A stretch of DNA of 63,974 nucleotides, filler included, from Eremomyces bilateralis CBS 781.70 (Eukaryota): NCBI GenBank assembly GCA_010015585.1. It is 11 parts of 8 records of this genome, joined end to end, with 100 filler letters (N's around TTAATTAATTAA, not from the genome) between each part and the next. Parts side by side here need not be neighbours in the genome. Positions count along the whole stretch, not along the records: positions 1 to 6,135 come from ML975149.1; positions 6,236 to 7,299 come from ML975149.1; positions 7,400 to 31,792 come from ML975150.1; 8 more parts are not named here. The stretch is one strand, 5' to 3'. The position numbers and the translations under genes are program-made. Position 1 is the first letter of the stretch; each line of letters begins with the position of its first letter. The notes under the pieces were generated by a model, which was not told the DNA's origin, searched no databases, and worked only from the letters and a program-made list of their open reading frames with translations. Shown here in pieces: positions 1 to 10,730 of this stretch.

Positions 1-34
1 GGATCGTGGCAACGAGCGTGATTTCCTACATAGC

Positions 35-2284
35 ATGGCTCAATCTAGCATCGACTTCTCCCGAAGTACACGAAAAGCCCCTCGCCGGGATTATGCGGCA
101 TTAAACAACGGATTGAATGTTGCTCCCCTAGATCTTTCTCCGGATATTCCTAATAAACTCGAGTCCGACCCTCAAGAGTCCCCTAGATCATACGAGTCTG
201 TCATGTCTGATAGCTTAACACCCTTTGAGTCGGTATCATAAGTTCACTGCTCTTCGCAACCTCAGCCTCTAGGCTCTGAGCCGTCGACTAGGACTGAGTC
301 AACCACTCTGGCCAGACGTCAGATCAGAAAAGCAAAGTCACAAACTAGCTGGGCTTTAGAGCACTTTTGGATTAACGTGCTCGAAACTTCATGGGGCCAG
401 CCTCCTAAGAACGATCGAGTATTCGTTTGCAAGCGTTGTAGTTGGTCCTCGACCGATTCTGCTCGCCATAGATCGACCTCAAATCTCATTACCCACCTCC
501 GTACCCGCCATAGGGTAAAACGCGACTCGCCGAGCCAGTCGTCAACGTCGATGACCTCCCTCGATCGATTCGTCCGCCTTCCTAAGGCAAGTCCAAGCAT
601 TGAGCAAGCATTGATTCAGTGGGTGGTCCAGACACGGCAGCCATTCACGGTGGTGGAGCATCCTTCATTTCAAACAATCTTTGAAGCTGCCAATATTAAG
701 CTTCCGGTTAAGAGTGCGGATACTCTCTATAATCGAATCAAGAATGAGTTCTCTATAAGCAGGAATGCGCTTAAGCAAGACTTGGCACAAAGTTGCCACT
801 CTATTGCGCTGTCGCTCGATGCTTGGACCTCCGAGAATCAATTACCGATCTTAGGTATGATCGGCCATTAGATCACCCCAGACTTCGAAAAGCGAGAAGT
901 CCTCCTAGACTTTGCGGAGATCCAGGGCCCTCACTCGGGCCAAAACCTGGCCGATTGCCTTCTTACTATAATTCACGAACTGGATATCGCACCGAAAGTT
1001 CTAACCATCACGGGCGACAACGCTGGCAATAACGGCACCTTGTATGATGTTCTATATACCGAGCTGCTGAAAGAATATGAGGATGCAGATGATGACCTCG
1101 GCCTCAAGCCACTAATGCGGTTCCATGGCCGGAGAAGCTTCATTCGTTGTTTGGCTCATGTTATTAATCTCGTCTGCAAGGAAATTCTAGTAACTCTAGG
1201 ATCGAGTTCGAATAGGGAAGCTAAGGCAGCGTTAGATGAACTGGAACTTCATAAGAACCAGCCCCTCCTAACCACGAGTGAGGAGAAAAGCGCTATTGCT
1301 AAGATCCGCCTTCTCGTCCTCTGGATTGCCCGAAGTCCACAGCGCCGCCAAGATTGGAAGCTCGTCTCTCCGACCAAGCAAATTAACTACGACGTCGATA
1401 ATCGATGGAACTCAACATATATCATGATAACCGAGGCGATCCGACTCCGAAGAGAGCTTACACAGTTTATACGCACTCATCCCGACGTAAGAACACTACA
1501 TCTTATAGATGCAGAATGGTCCACCCTGGAGCAAATTGAGAGGATTCTAAAACCGTTTTGGGAGCATACCAACCACGTTTCAAGGAGTTGTCCGAGCCTT
1601 ATAGACTGCCTCCCAATCTATTAGGCCCTTGATAACCTTCTGGACGATGTTCAAACGGCGAAAGGCGGGTTTGAAGACGTGGGTGTCAACCTTAGAGAGG
1701 CGGTAGGAAGAGCGAGGAGGAAGATGGATAAGTTTACGAAGATGATGGACGATAATATCCTATACTACGTGGCGGCCGTCCTCGATCCGCGTATTAAGAT
1801 ATCCCTGATCGAAGCACAGATGAACAAAGAGGGTGCTAAGCTGATTGTTTCCGAAGTGCGCGAATTCTTCAAGCAAAAATATCCATTTTACCCCAGTCTA
1901 CCAGTTGAGACGGAACGCCCATCAGGTATGCCCGAGATACTGTAGAAGACACTTAAACGGATTCAGCCATATCCATATACGCAGGCCTCGGACGTCGACC
2001 GATACTTAGATTCTGCTCCGGCTAGCTAGTCGCATCCCTCGTTTGCGGACGGTGACCCTGACTGGGTATTGAAATGGTGGAAAGCAAATGCACCTGACTT
2101 TCCTTGCATGGCTCAAGCGGCACGCGACTATCTCCCGGTTCCCTCTGCTAAGGTAGGCGTGGAACGTCTTTTTAGTGGTGCGCGAGACGTGCTAGGTCTT
2201 AGGAGACACTCTCTGAATGCAGAGACGATAAGATGGCTTGTACTCCTAAAGGGACACTATGATAACGAATCCTTTCCTAATTGA
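35..2284 (+). pseudogene. hAT-family DDE transposase inactivated by 5 in-frame stops (RIP-type)
   Basis: ORFs at 35, 377, 1040, 1679 and 2069 share one frame. BED-like finger (FVCKRC...LITHLRTRH), SLDAWTS, ITGDNAGNN, RCLAHVINL, DNRWNSTY, AAVLDPR, dimerisation region WWKANAPDFP...VERLFS. Stops at 239 (TAA), 869, 1622, 1943, 2027 (TAG). Confidence 0.95.
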
Positions 2285-2554
2285 TAGTCTATTTCAGGAC
2301 TCTTTATGGCCGTTAGGAATGCATAGAGAACTACGAAGATAGTGATATACTACGATATCTACTTTCCTTTTATTTTTCCTTTCTTTCTTTGGCGACTTGT
2401 CATATATCTAATGTATTCAGACTATTAGCTTTTGACCAAATGAACATCGACAGTATATCTACGCCTTGATTATTATATTAACAGTCCCAAGCACTCCTTG
2501 ACATGTTATAGTAATGAGGCTTTAGATGTTATAATTTTATTTGCCTAGATCTAT

Positions 2555-2769
2555 GTGAAATATTCATGAATAATATGAATATTCATGAATAATATGAATA
2601 TTCATGAATAATATGAATATTCATGAATATCGTGAATATTCATGAATATCGTGAATATGAATATAAGGCGTATTCATATTCACATTATTCGCCAAGACTT
2701 TATTCATATTCGCAAATTATTCATATTATTCATATTATTCATATTATTCGTATTCGTTTCGGACCTCTA
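2555..2769 (+). mobile_element. 3' terminus of the hAT element: subterminal GAATA/TATTC repeats plus TIR
   Basis: Tandem ATGAATAATATGAATATTC-like units ending TATTCGTTTCGGACCTCTA (reverse complement TAGAGGTCCGAAACGAATA), 18/19 identical to the terminus at 56630. Confidence 0.85.
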
Positions 2770-3322
2770 AGTCCTTGATACCGACTGCATGCCCGAGGGC
2801 CCTCCTGGATCATGCGGCGTCCCATTTCGCATCAGACTCAGATCTCACGGATATACCATTGCCGCCAAAGCCACCGACTTCACTCACCGCCTAAAACATG
2901 AGGCTACCCTCTACGACGGCCTCCGTCCGATTAAGGGCAGCGGCATTGTGCCGGTTTATTTGGGCAACATCGACCTGAGCACTCCCTATTACTACGAGGG
3001 AATTGCGGAGCTTGATCACATGATGCTCATGAGCTTCGGTGGAGAGCTCCTATCCACGCACCTTGCTATCGAGAACCGGCCACGGATTCTTCGGTTGGTT
3101 CGCTCTTCAATCCGAGCGGTCGCTAGCCTCGGGATCGTTCATAATGATCTCGCGCTTCGCAACATGTTGTGGAATGAGGAGACCGGCAAAGTGATGCTGA
3201 TTGATTTCGAGCGGGCACAATTCATCGAGCAACGCTCCGCACTGGGCACTATCTCGGCAAACCGAAAGAGGAAGAGAGGCCCCAATGCGTGTGTGGCCAA
3301 GGGAGAGGTTCTGCATCTGTGA
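2770..3322 (+). pseudogene. 3' part of a fungal protein-kinase-like gene, cut by the hAT insertion
   Basis: LDTDCMP begins right after the TIR. IAAKA, VPVYLGNIDL, catalytic loop HNDLALRNML and MLIDFE present; no upstream coding sequence. Confidence 0.75.
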
Positions 3323-4549
3323 AGGAAATGCAGCAAGTGACCCTTGAGCTAGGCTCCTTGTGTGGCACCGTACAATCGATCCTTGTCTGGGGGCAATATG
3401 ATTATGTTAGCTGCTCCTCGAAACCAGACCGGATTAGGGTTTACTAAGCCCTTCCGTTCTAACTTGGTGTACGGAACCCAACTCGGTTTGTCCCTGGGAT
3501 TCTAGGATTGCGCTCTCCCGGAAGCGAGTGAGGAGGCCTGCATTTGCTACTGTGCCGTTTGGTAACCCGCTACTACTTCAAGACCGCCTTTTCGCCTACT
3601 AACAGCCAATTTCGTACAGAACTGCTTGATTATCGAAGTAGACTTGAGGATTAGATAATAGCCCTTAACCGCCGCATTTTGATAGCAGAGGGCCCCTTCA
3701 TCGCACCATCTAGCCCAGCAGCTTGTTAAGACCGACTGACTTTGTGCGCTTCTCGCTGGACGGGTGCTCCTCAAGCAAATGAGATTGACCATTCGATACC
3801 GGTTGCTCCAGCCGCCCTAGGAACACGCACTGCCCCGTCATCGTCGCTCGCTATCTTTGCAACGTACCCCATCACGCGGACTCGAGCCTGGGATATAGCT
3901 GGAACTCGGATGTGTTCGTGCGTAATGCATGAACTTGCTCCACGGCGATGGAACACAGCATGGACATCTCGACCTTCAGGTTTTAGGCGCTTCATGCGTT
4001 GCCACCGCTCTCGGGTTGGCCGAGCTGTCCGACTCGGAGGTTGCAGGAGTCCTTGGAACTCCAGCTCGCATAAAGGAACACGAAGGATCCACGGAGTCTT
4101 CCAACGCCCTAACCAAATACGAGAGTTCTCTGTGAGTTGACCTGGTCATGTTCGGCGGTTAAGCCGGTTCTCAAAGCCCACTTGCAAGTCAGGGCTTATC
4201 GTCCACTCAGTTCTTGATCAGCTATCCACAACGTGCTGAGAGCAGACGATGGTTCTCATGCGGCACGCCGCAGCTAGGTGTTAGCGCAGGGCCAATGAGC
4301 TTAGTAACTGTTTAAGGGAGATTCCTCAGTGCTGATGGTGTTAGAAAGGGAGAATTATAAAAGAAGGGGCGGATCAGTCAATCCGCTCATTGCTCACAGT
4401 AAACATCTTCCACCTCTCTCTTTCGACTTTGCCTATAGTATCATCATTTGGTTACGCTACATCTTCGGCTTCTTTCTTCAGATGGCCTCCACCTCTCTTC
4501 CCTTTACCTCTATTTTATTCCATTCCCTCAGCCAGGGGATTAGGAAGCA

Positions 4550-4960
4550 ATGGCTGCATCGCGAGACTCGGCCTCGTGGCCTTCGCCCCGTCTACCCTCT
4601 TTCTACGATTTGCCCTGGGAAAGGCAGTGGCTCCTCTTTGGTCGCCAGATCATCGACGGTCTCCGTCGATATTTCCCGACCCAGAAGTTGTGTCAGGCCA
4701 GCCCTCAGACTGACGGCGACCATGTGAAACCGACGATTCGATGCTCGGATCCGGAGCAGGTCCGGCTGCACCTTGAGCAAAATAACGCCCTGCTACGGGA
4801 CGGACCGTACAGCATACAATTAGATTAGCTTCAGCCAGTGGCGGAGCCACAAAGGCCGGTAAGACTCCCCCCTTTCGCCGTATTTCGATCTCGCCGCTAA
4901 CTCTATTCCCTTCTACAGCCGTACCAGTCCCAAGAGCGTGGGGAGGTACAGTGCCATCAT
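4550..4960 (+). pseudogene. hypothetical spliced gene remnant
   Basis: TATAAAAG near 4353, 92-aa ORF ending in TAG, then a canonical intron GTAAGA...GCTAAC...CAG (about 4859-4918). No recognisable domain. Confidence 0.25.
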
Positions 4961-5359
4961 CACCAGTCGTCTCTGCGGCAGGCGTGCGACAATAGGTTTT
5001 GGTTATCCTACCTTAGAAAACGCAGGTAATTCAGGAGCATTTCACAGGTTATTTATCCAGGAGGCTCAGCAAGGGACCTAGCCCCTAAGACTCTCTCTCA
5101 TCCAATCCATCAAAAACCTAAGTGCCATGGCTGACTGACCCAATCCCACCCGACTTTGCCTCCAGGGGCCCAGGCGGCACGGTTTTATTGCCACATTCGT
5201 ACCGTAGTAGCATTCGACCAGGCATGATGTATTTAAATGTTGAACACGGGCCTATCTTTTACTCCATATAATTAGATTTAGGGAACTTGACCTTCAAAAG
5301 TGCAGGGAAATACCGGGAGTTCTCAAGGTCATTTATTTTCCTTCGAGTCTTCGCTGTAC

Positions 5360-5832
5360 AGTCGTTATTGTTGTTATTGATTCATTTACCCTGACCTCTC
5401 CCGTGGGATATGCAGGCTACCACTATGGTATCAGGTCTATCCTTCCTAAGCTAATTTGCACTGTACTGCTTCTTGCACGAAGTGGTGATTACTATACTCT
5501 GTCCACGACCCCTGATTTGAGGCCGCCTTAGAGCCCTTGATGTGAACGTCTTAGATGCTTCCAAAAAGTCAAGCACTGCGTTTAGGACATCGCTGTGAAC
5601 TGCCCATCCCTTGGTTCTTCCTTAGTCTTCAGGTCTCCCTCCAAGCACTTCGGTGATACTGTTGAAATCGTCTCCTATCTTCTTCCGCAGCTGTTGTGGT
5701 AACTCTCTGAGATTCGGACAGTCCACTAGGACGTGTACCACCGTCTCTCTTGCTCCGCATTCGGATTGGTCATCATCTCGAAAGCCGTGGATTTTGGCAT
5801 GAGATGCAAGCCACGAGTGCCTTGTTCTGAGG
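5360..5832 (-). mobile_element. 5'-truncated Tad1-like LINE 3' end
   Basis: Minus strand reads LRTRHSWLASH...ECGARETVVHVLVDCP...AVLDFLEASKTF (LINE ORF2 C-terminal cysteine-rich region) with one internal stop, then a 3' UTR and an AAT/AAC-rich tail near 5363-5380. Confidence 0.8.
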
Positions 5833-6135
5833 AGACGGGTTGGGGAGGCACTATTTCTTAAACACTCTCAATAATAGCACCAATGAGGTTTTAAAGCCTT
5901 TTGATTTCTAATCAAACATTACTCATCGGCTGTTGCCACTCATGCTATTCAGGTAGTATATAAAAGACACTATCTGTAAGGTAGGTGGGCGGGGAGGAGG
6001 TTAAAGAGAGCTTAAGGAAATATCACAAAGTAATTTCCATGGTCATAACTCTTCCAGATGCATATCCGAAAGCAACAATGCCCCCATAAACAGCACTACG
6101 GCTTGGCCGATACTCGGGAGGAAGCCAAAGGATCC

Positions 6136-6235
6136 NNNNNNNNNNNNNNNNNNNNNNNNNNNNNNNNNNNNNNNNNNNNTTAATTAATTAANNNNNNNNN
6201 NNNNNNNNNNNNNNNNNNNNNNNNNNNNNNNNNNN
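6136..6235. other. artificial contig spacer N44-TTAATTAATTAA-N44 (also at 7300, 31793, 38899, 40834, 43511, 55489, 56850, 60720, 61832)
   Basis: Ten identical 100-bp N blocks with a central six-frame stop linker. Confidence 0.99.
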
Positions 6236-6790
6236 CGCTCAATCTCGTCTTCAAACCGGACGCGCGTTCGCGTACTGCGCGTACCAATTCCACGCAGTTG
6301 GGGTGCCATTTCCTAAATAAAAAATAAAAAACTTGATATAAAACTCAATCTAATAATTTCCCTTTAATTTCACAACTTGCAGGCACGAATTCAGCGCGTT
6401 TTGGTCATAAAATGGGTAATAACGCGTTTTCTGGTGGAGTTGCGGGCGGGACACACACACACTCAAAAAAACGCCAAGCGTTCTCTCACATTTTGCAACC
6501 GCCAGAACCTGTGTGGAGAGTGCAGCAGGGCGCAGGGGGCTACTAAAATATCTGGTAATCAACCGATGATTACGCTAATCCGGTTTTGGACGGTTAATTC
6601 ACACATAACAGGCGGAATTCCAGACGTTTTGCCTTGTAACTGATGAATCTAATCTACAGTCTCTATGCGGTTTCTCTATTAAACGTTACTAAATTTCCCA
6701 ACGTCTATTCTAATCTACCGGTCTATCTACGATTAGATATATCAGCGGATTAGAATTCAATCGGGAAATTTCCTCGATCGTTTTGCTTAA

Positions 6791-6836
6791 TTAACGGTTG
6801 GTTAGCGGTTGGTTAACGGTTGGTTAACGGTTTGGT
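6791..6836 (+). repeat. 11-bp tandem repeat (TTAACGGTTGG) x4
   Basis: ttaacggttgg ttagcggttgg ttaacggttgg ttaacggtttgg read directly. Confidence 0.85.
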
Positions 6837-7014
6837 AGGCAAAACGTCGGCTAAGATTCGGCTTAGCTTCGGGGGTTCCTATCAATCCGGCTCCTACCAT
6901 AACTCTACGATGCTCTCCTGGACCTAATCATACGGGTAGACACGTCATAAATGAGATGAGCTTCTTATATAAGACTCAGATGACCTATAACCACTCTTAA
7001 ACTCGATATTTGAG

Positions 7015-7299
7015 ATGGCTAACACTGCTGCTGGCATAGACCCGGCGCTGTCCGGCTCCCATGCTGGAGCGGAAGATGATGAACCAGGTCTTCCAGTATG
7101 CTCCGCGCACTGCCTTTCTCATATAAATTATATAGGAAGTCCAGTCTCTGACGCATTAAGTAGCCCGAGGATTTCCAATCCTACCTCCGTAACCCGAAGA
7201 AACGGGTACGAGCGAAGCGCCATCACCACGCCGAAGCCGTCAGTGAGGACAATGCTCGCGTTGCGAAGCTGTCCAGATCAACGAGGTGGAACCATTTCT
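7015..7299 (+). CDS. 5' end of a spliced gene of unknown function, cut by the contig end
   Basis: TATATAAG near 6967, ATG at 7015, probable intron from GTATGC (about 7096), then an open frame EDFQSYLRNPKKRVRAKRHHHAEAVSEDNARVAKLSRSTRWNHF running into the gap. Confidence 0.4.
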
Positions 7300-7704
7300 N
7301 NNNNNNNNNNNNNNNNNNNNNNNNNNNNNNNNNNNNNNNNNNNTTAATTAATTAANNNNNNNNNNNNNNNNNNNNNNNNNNNNNNNNNNNNNNNNNNNNG
7401 AGCATCAATTGATTGAGACATTGTTGTTTGTAGACCGAGTGTCGCGTTTTCTGGTTGAGGTGGCGGCTCGCTTGTAGTGGCGGCTCGCTTGTGGAATACG
7501 TTATTCATACTTCTACAGTGCCGACCTACCAATACTGGCTGTTTCTGATGGATGAGTATGACCTTTAAAACCTAATGACTTGATTCAGCGAACTCCGTTA
7601 TGACATGCCGATCCCCCCCAGTTGATTTGACCCAGACGGTACTGTTTGAATTTTCCTAATCACTTGATGCTACCTTGTTCATTCTTCTCACGCAATCTTA
7701 ATTA

Positions 7705-10249
7705 TCACTCAATCCTAAAAGCTTGTGAAAGGTCCTCAACCCCCGTTCCTTCATCAATTCGAGCCTCGACAACCTCATACACAGGTATCTCTGCCAACCT
7801 CGCTGTAATATGATGCAACGTCGGCAGTGCCTGGCGATCCCTTGCCTCAAAAGCCAAGTCCCCCTTTCTGGCTAACATCGTCCGTATGACATTGGGGGTC
7901 TGTGATGCACCTTCTGACGGAATAAATACGGCATACTCTGCATCCGCCGTTCCCGGTCGGCCGACTGCAGGAATATATCGGTAGCAGAAAGTTCCCTCCT
8001 CGGCCTCTCCAAGCTTATCGTTCATCGCCGGTGCCTTGTCGGCGGCCGACATTGATGAAGTCGAGTTAGGCAGATGGAGCCCTTCCAAGCGCATCCTCGC
8101 AAACTGCACTCCTCGCCAGTCGATGCCGGCCGCGTATTCGCCTTCTTTTTGATGCACTTGAATGGAAGCACCAAGCTTTGACATCCCCAACTCCTCTCGG
8201 CCGGACAGGATCGCATCAGCAAGGTCTTCAAAGACGACAACACAATAAGAGCCCCGAAGTACTGAGGCATCTCTCTTGGTATACTGGACGCCATGAACAA
8301 ATAGACCTGAGAAGTTGTACCCACCCCCACCGAGCCAACTCATATTCCCCAAAGTGGTCATTCGGATCGAAGCAGTGGCAACTGTTCCAGGAGAGCTGAA
8401 GCTGAAGGCTGGGGAGGGGAAGAAGTTCTGGAGCAAGGTTCTAGATGTTCTGAATTTGATCGAGGCAGTCACAAAGGTAGACTGCAAGCCGTCATGCGGA
8501 AGCCCGAAACTGTCTTGCCTAGGGCCGGGCATCGAACCAAAGGCAACGGGCATTCTCCAGAACCTATCTGGCGTTTTGGTCCAGTTTGATTTCCTGAGCA
8601 TCTGAATCGTGTGGTCGTATTCATCGTGGCCGAAACAATAGCTCTGATATTCCATCACTACAATCTGTCAGCGCTTCGCGTACCGAAGATGAATTTGGCT
8701 AGGTTCAACTTACTGTTGAGTTCTTTTCCGTCTTTCTTAGCTTCCTCGAGATCACGACCAGACAGTCTCGTATATTCTTGAATGCGATGAGCGCGCTCCA
8801 TCCTACATACCTCGTATAGGCGTAATCTTTCTTTGACTTCCTCTTTACGTGTTCCTTTGCCCAACAGGACACCTAGCGATACAGCATCTTCGATTGCCAT
8901 TCCTCCACCTTGACCCTGGTCTACGAGGACAGTGTGAGCAGTGTTCAATTGTGTGTCCAGCGCGGACTTACGCGGCAGGAAAGGATGCGCTGCATCCCCC
9001 ATCAGAGCCAGTTTGCCCACCGTCCAAGAACGTAAAACGTCCATGTCAAGGAGCGTCCAAACGCTCAGAGTTTCGGCGTTGACCTTCGACAGTAGAGCAC
9101 GCACGATGGGACAAAACTCTTTATACGCTTCAAGGAGTCTTGCTTTATTGCCACCTGTACTCCAACCTAATGCCACTCAGCCTTGAACAGTCAAGTAAAC
9201 GAAGAAGACGAAACATATGACACATATCGGTCGAAATTCGGATTGGAGCCGAGATTGGGAATACCAAATGAAACTCACCGTCACCAGGCATGTCAGATTC
9301 CTTGCTTGGGTGGATTGCGACAAAATTGAGAAGCGTGTTGTTGGAGCAAGGGTACATGACGAGCCTTCTATCGTTTCCCATCCACATCACCATACGACCG
9401 TCGCCATCAACCGCGTCTCTTGTTTCGGGATCGGCCAGTATCTCCTCTTTCGGGATCAGGAACCTGAACGCACTTCTTCCGGAACCAAAAGGTTTTGCTG
9501 TCTTGGATACCTGCTTTCTGGTTATGGACTGTCAGAAAGTGAGTGAACTGAGCCACGCTTTTGTCCTTGAGGCCATACATGAACGCCATCCGCTCCAATG
9601 ACCACATCTCCTTTGAATACATCACCGTTCTCGAGGGTGATGGTGGAAACCTCGGCATTGACGCTTGCCACACAACTCGATATCTTCATTTCAGCCGGAT
9701 TTCCCTTTCCGGCAGGATCGGCGGCGAATCTATACAGCGCTTTGTGGAGATGAGCACGATGGACCAGAAGCCATGACTTTCAACATTAGTCCTAAGCGGG
9801 CATAGAGGATAGGAAGACCTACGTGTTTCCAGAGCAAATTTGGCTTTCGAAGATCAAGGTTGAATGTCAAGTTGCCTGCTGCAGTGTACTGTACAATCTA
9901 GAGAGCAAACCGTCATCAGACGACACCGGGAATGAAGGTGTAAGAGAGATCGAATGTCTCTTACCCCGAGCGTAGGATTTCCTCCAATGTCCTCTGCAAA
10001 AAGCCCAAGGCGGCGGAGAAGACCATTACAGTTGGACCCCAAATGAATAGCGGCGCCGGCCTCATTGTCCAATTTGGATCTTTCAAATACCTACTTCGAA
10101 TTAGGATTTGGTCCATTCATGCTTCTGTTGCCCAGAAATACCGTGACTTCATGTCCCTCTTGCCTGAGAGCTGTTGCAGCAGTGAGGCCGCCAATTCCTC
10201 CTCCCACAATGAGCACTTTCAACGGTGCAGGATCCGGAGCGGCCGTCAT
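7705..10249 (-). CDS. FAD-dependent monooxygenase (salicylate-hydroxylase-like) fused to a C-terminal acetoacetate-decarboxylase-like domain; multi-exon
   Basis: KVLIVGGGIGGLTAA, VVIGADGVH, LMGDAAHPFLP..QGQGGGMAIED. Intron 8658-8713 joins LN-MMEYQ in frame to a 317-aa exon with FEDLADAILSGREELGMSK. Confidence 0.9.
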
Positions 10250-10730
10250 TGGGATTTAGGAGTGGCTGGGTTGGATAATAGACTGTATGATGATTTGCCA
10301 AGGCGTTCGCGGAAACTTGGCTGCCAGTGAGGGATTAGCGGACCAAAGTGCCTTTGCGAGAATGGCCAGTGGTCCGTACATAAAACGTGCCGTTCTCATA
10401 CTCGGAAGCATTTCGATTGAGTTCGCGACACTTAGCTTGTGGTGCTATCGGGAATTTCTTGCATGTGCTGAAGTGGGCGTGTGGCGGAATGTGGGCGAGC
10501 TTTCCGCGATGTTCTGTCTTCTCCCCACCGGCTTGCTGGCCAACTCCCGATCATGCCCACAAGCAAATGATAGAATATTCGGCATAGCACTGACGCTCGG
10601 CTAGTGGAGGCTACTTTTCTAGAGCGCGAGACGGATCTAAGTAAAGTAACTTGTTTAAGATTTTACTCAAGAGAAGTGAGAATCCTTGAGTTAAGAGGCA
10701 AGAGTGCAACCAAGAGCTTGGATTAACAAT

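Noticed and set aside
2555..2760. CRISPR-like or novel repeat array
   Set aside because: No unique spacers, eukaryotic context, and it ends in a hAT TIR; these are subterminal repeats.
3400..4300. Overlapping short ORFs in contig 1 (similar cases at 24499-24748 and 55658-56349)
   Set aside because: No recognisable domain, splice structure or repeat boundaries.
6180..6191. Recurrent TTAATTAATTAA motif and ORFs ending in XXXLIN
   Set aside because: Artificial six-frame-stop linker inside N spacers.
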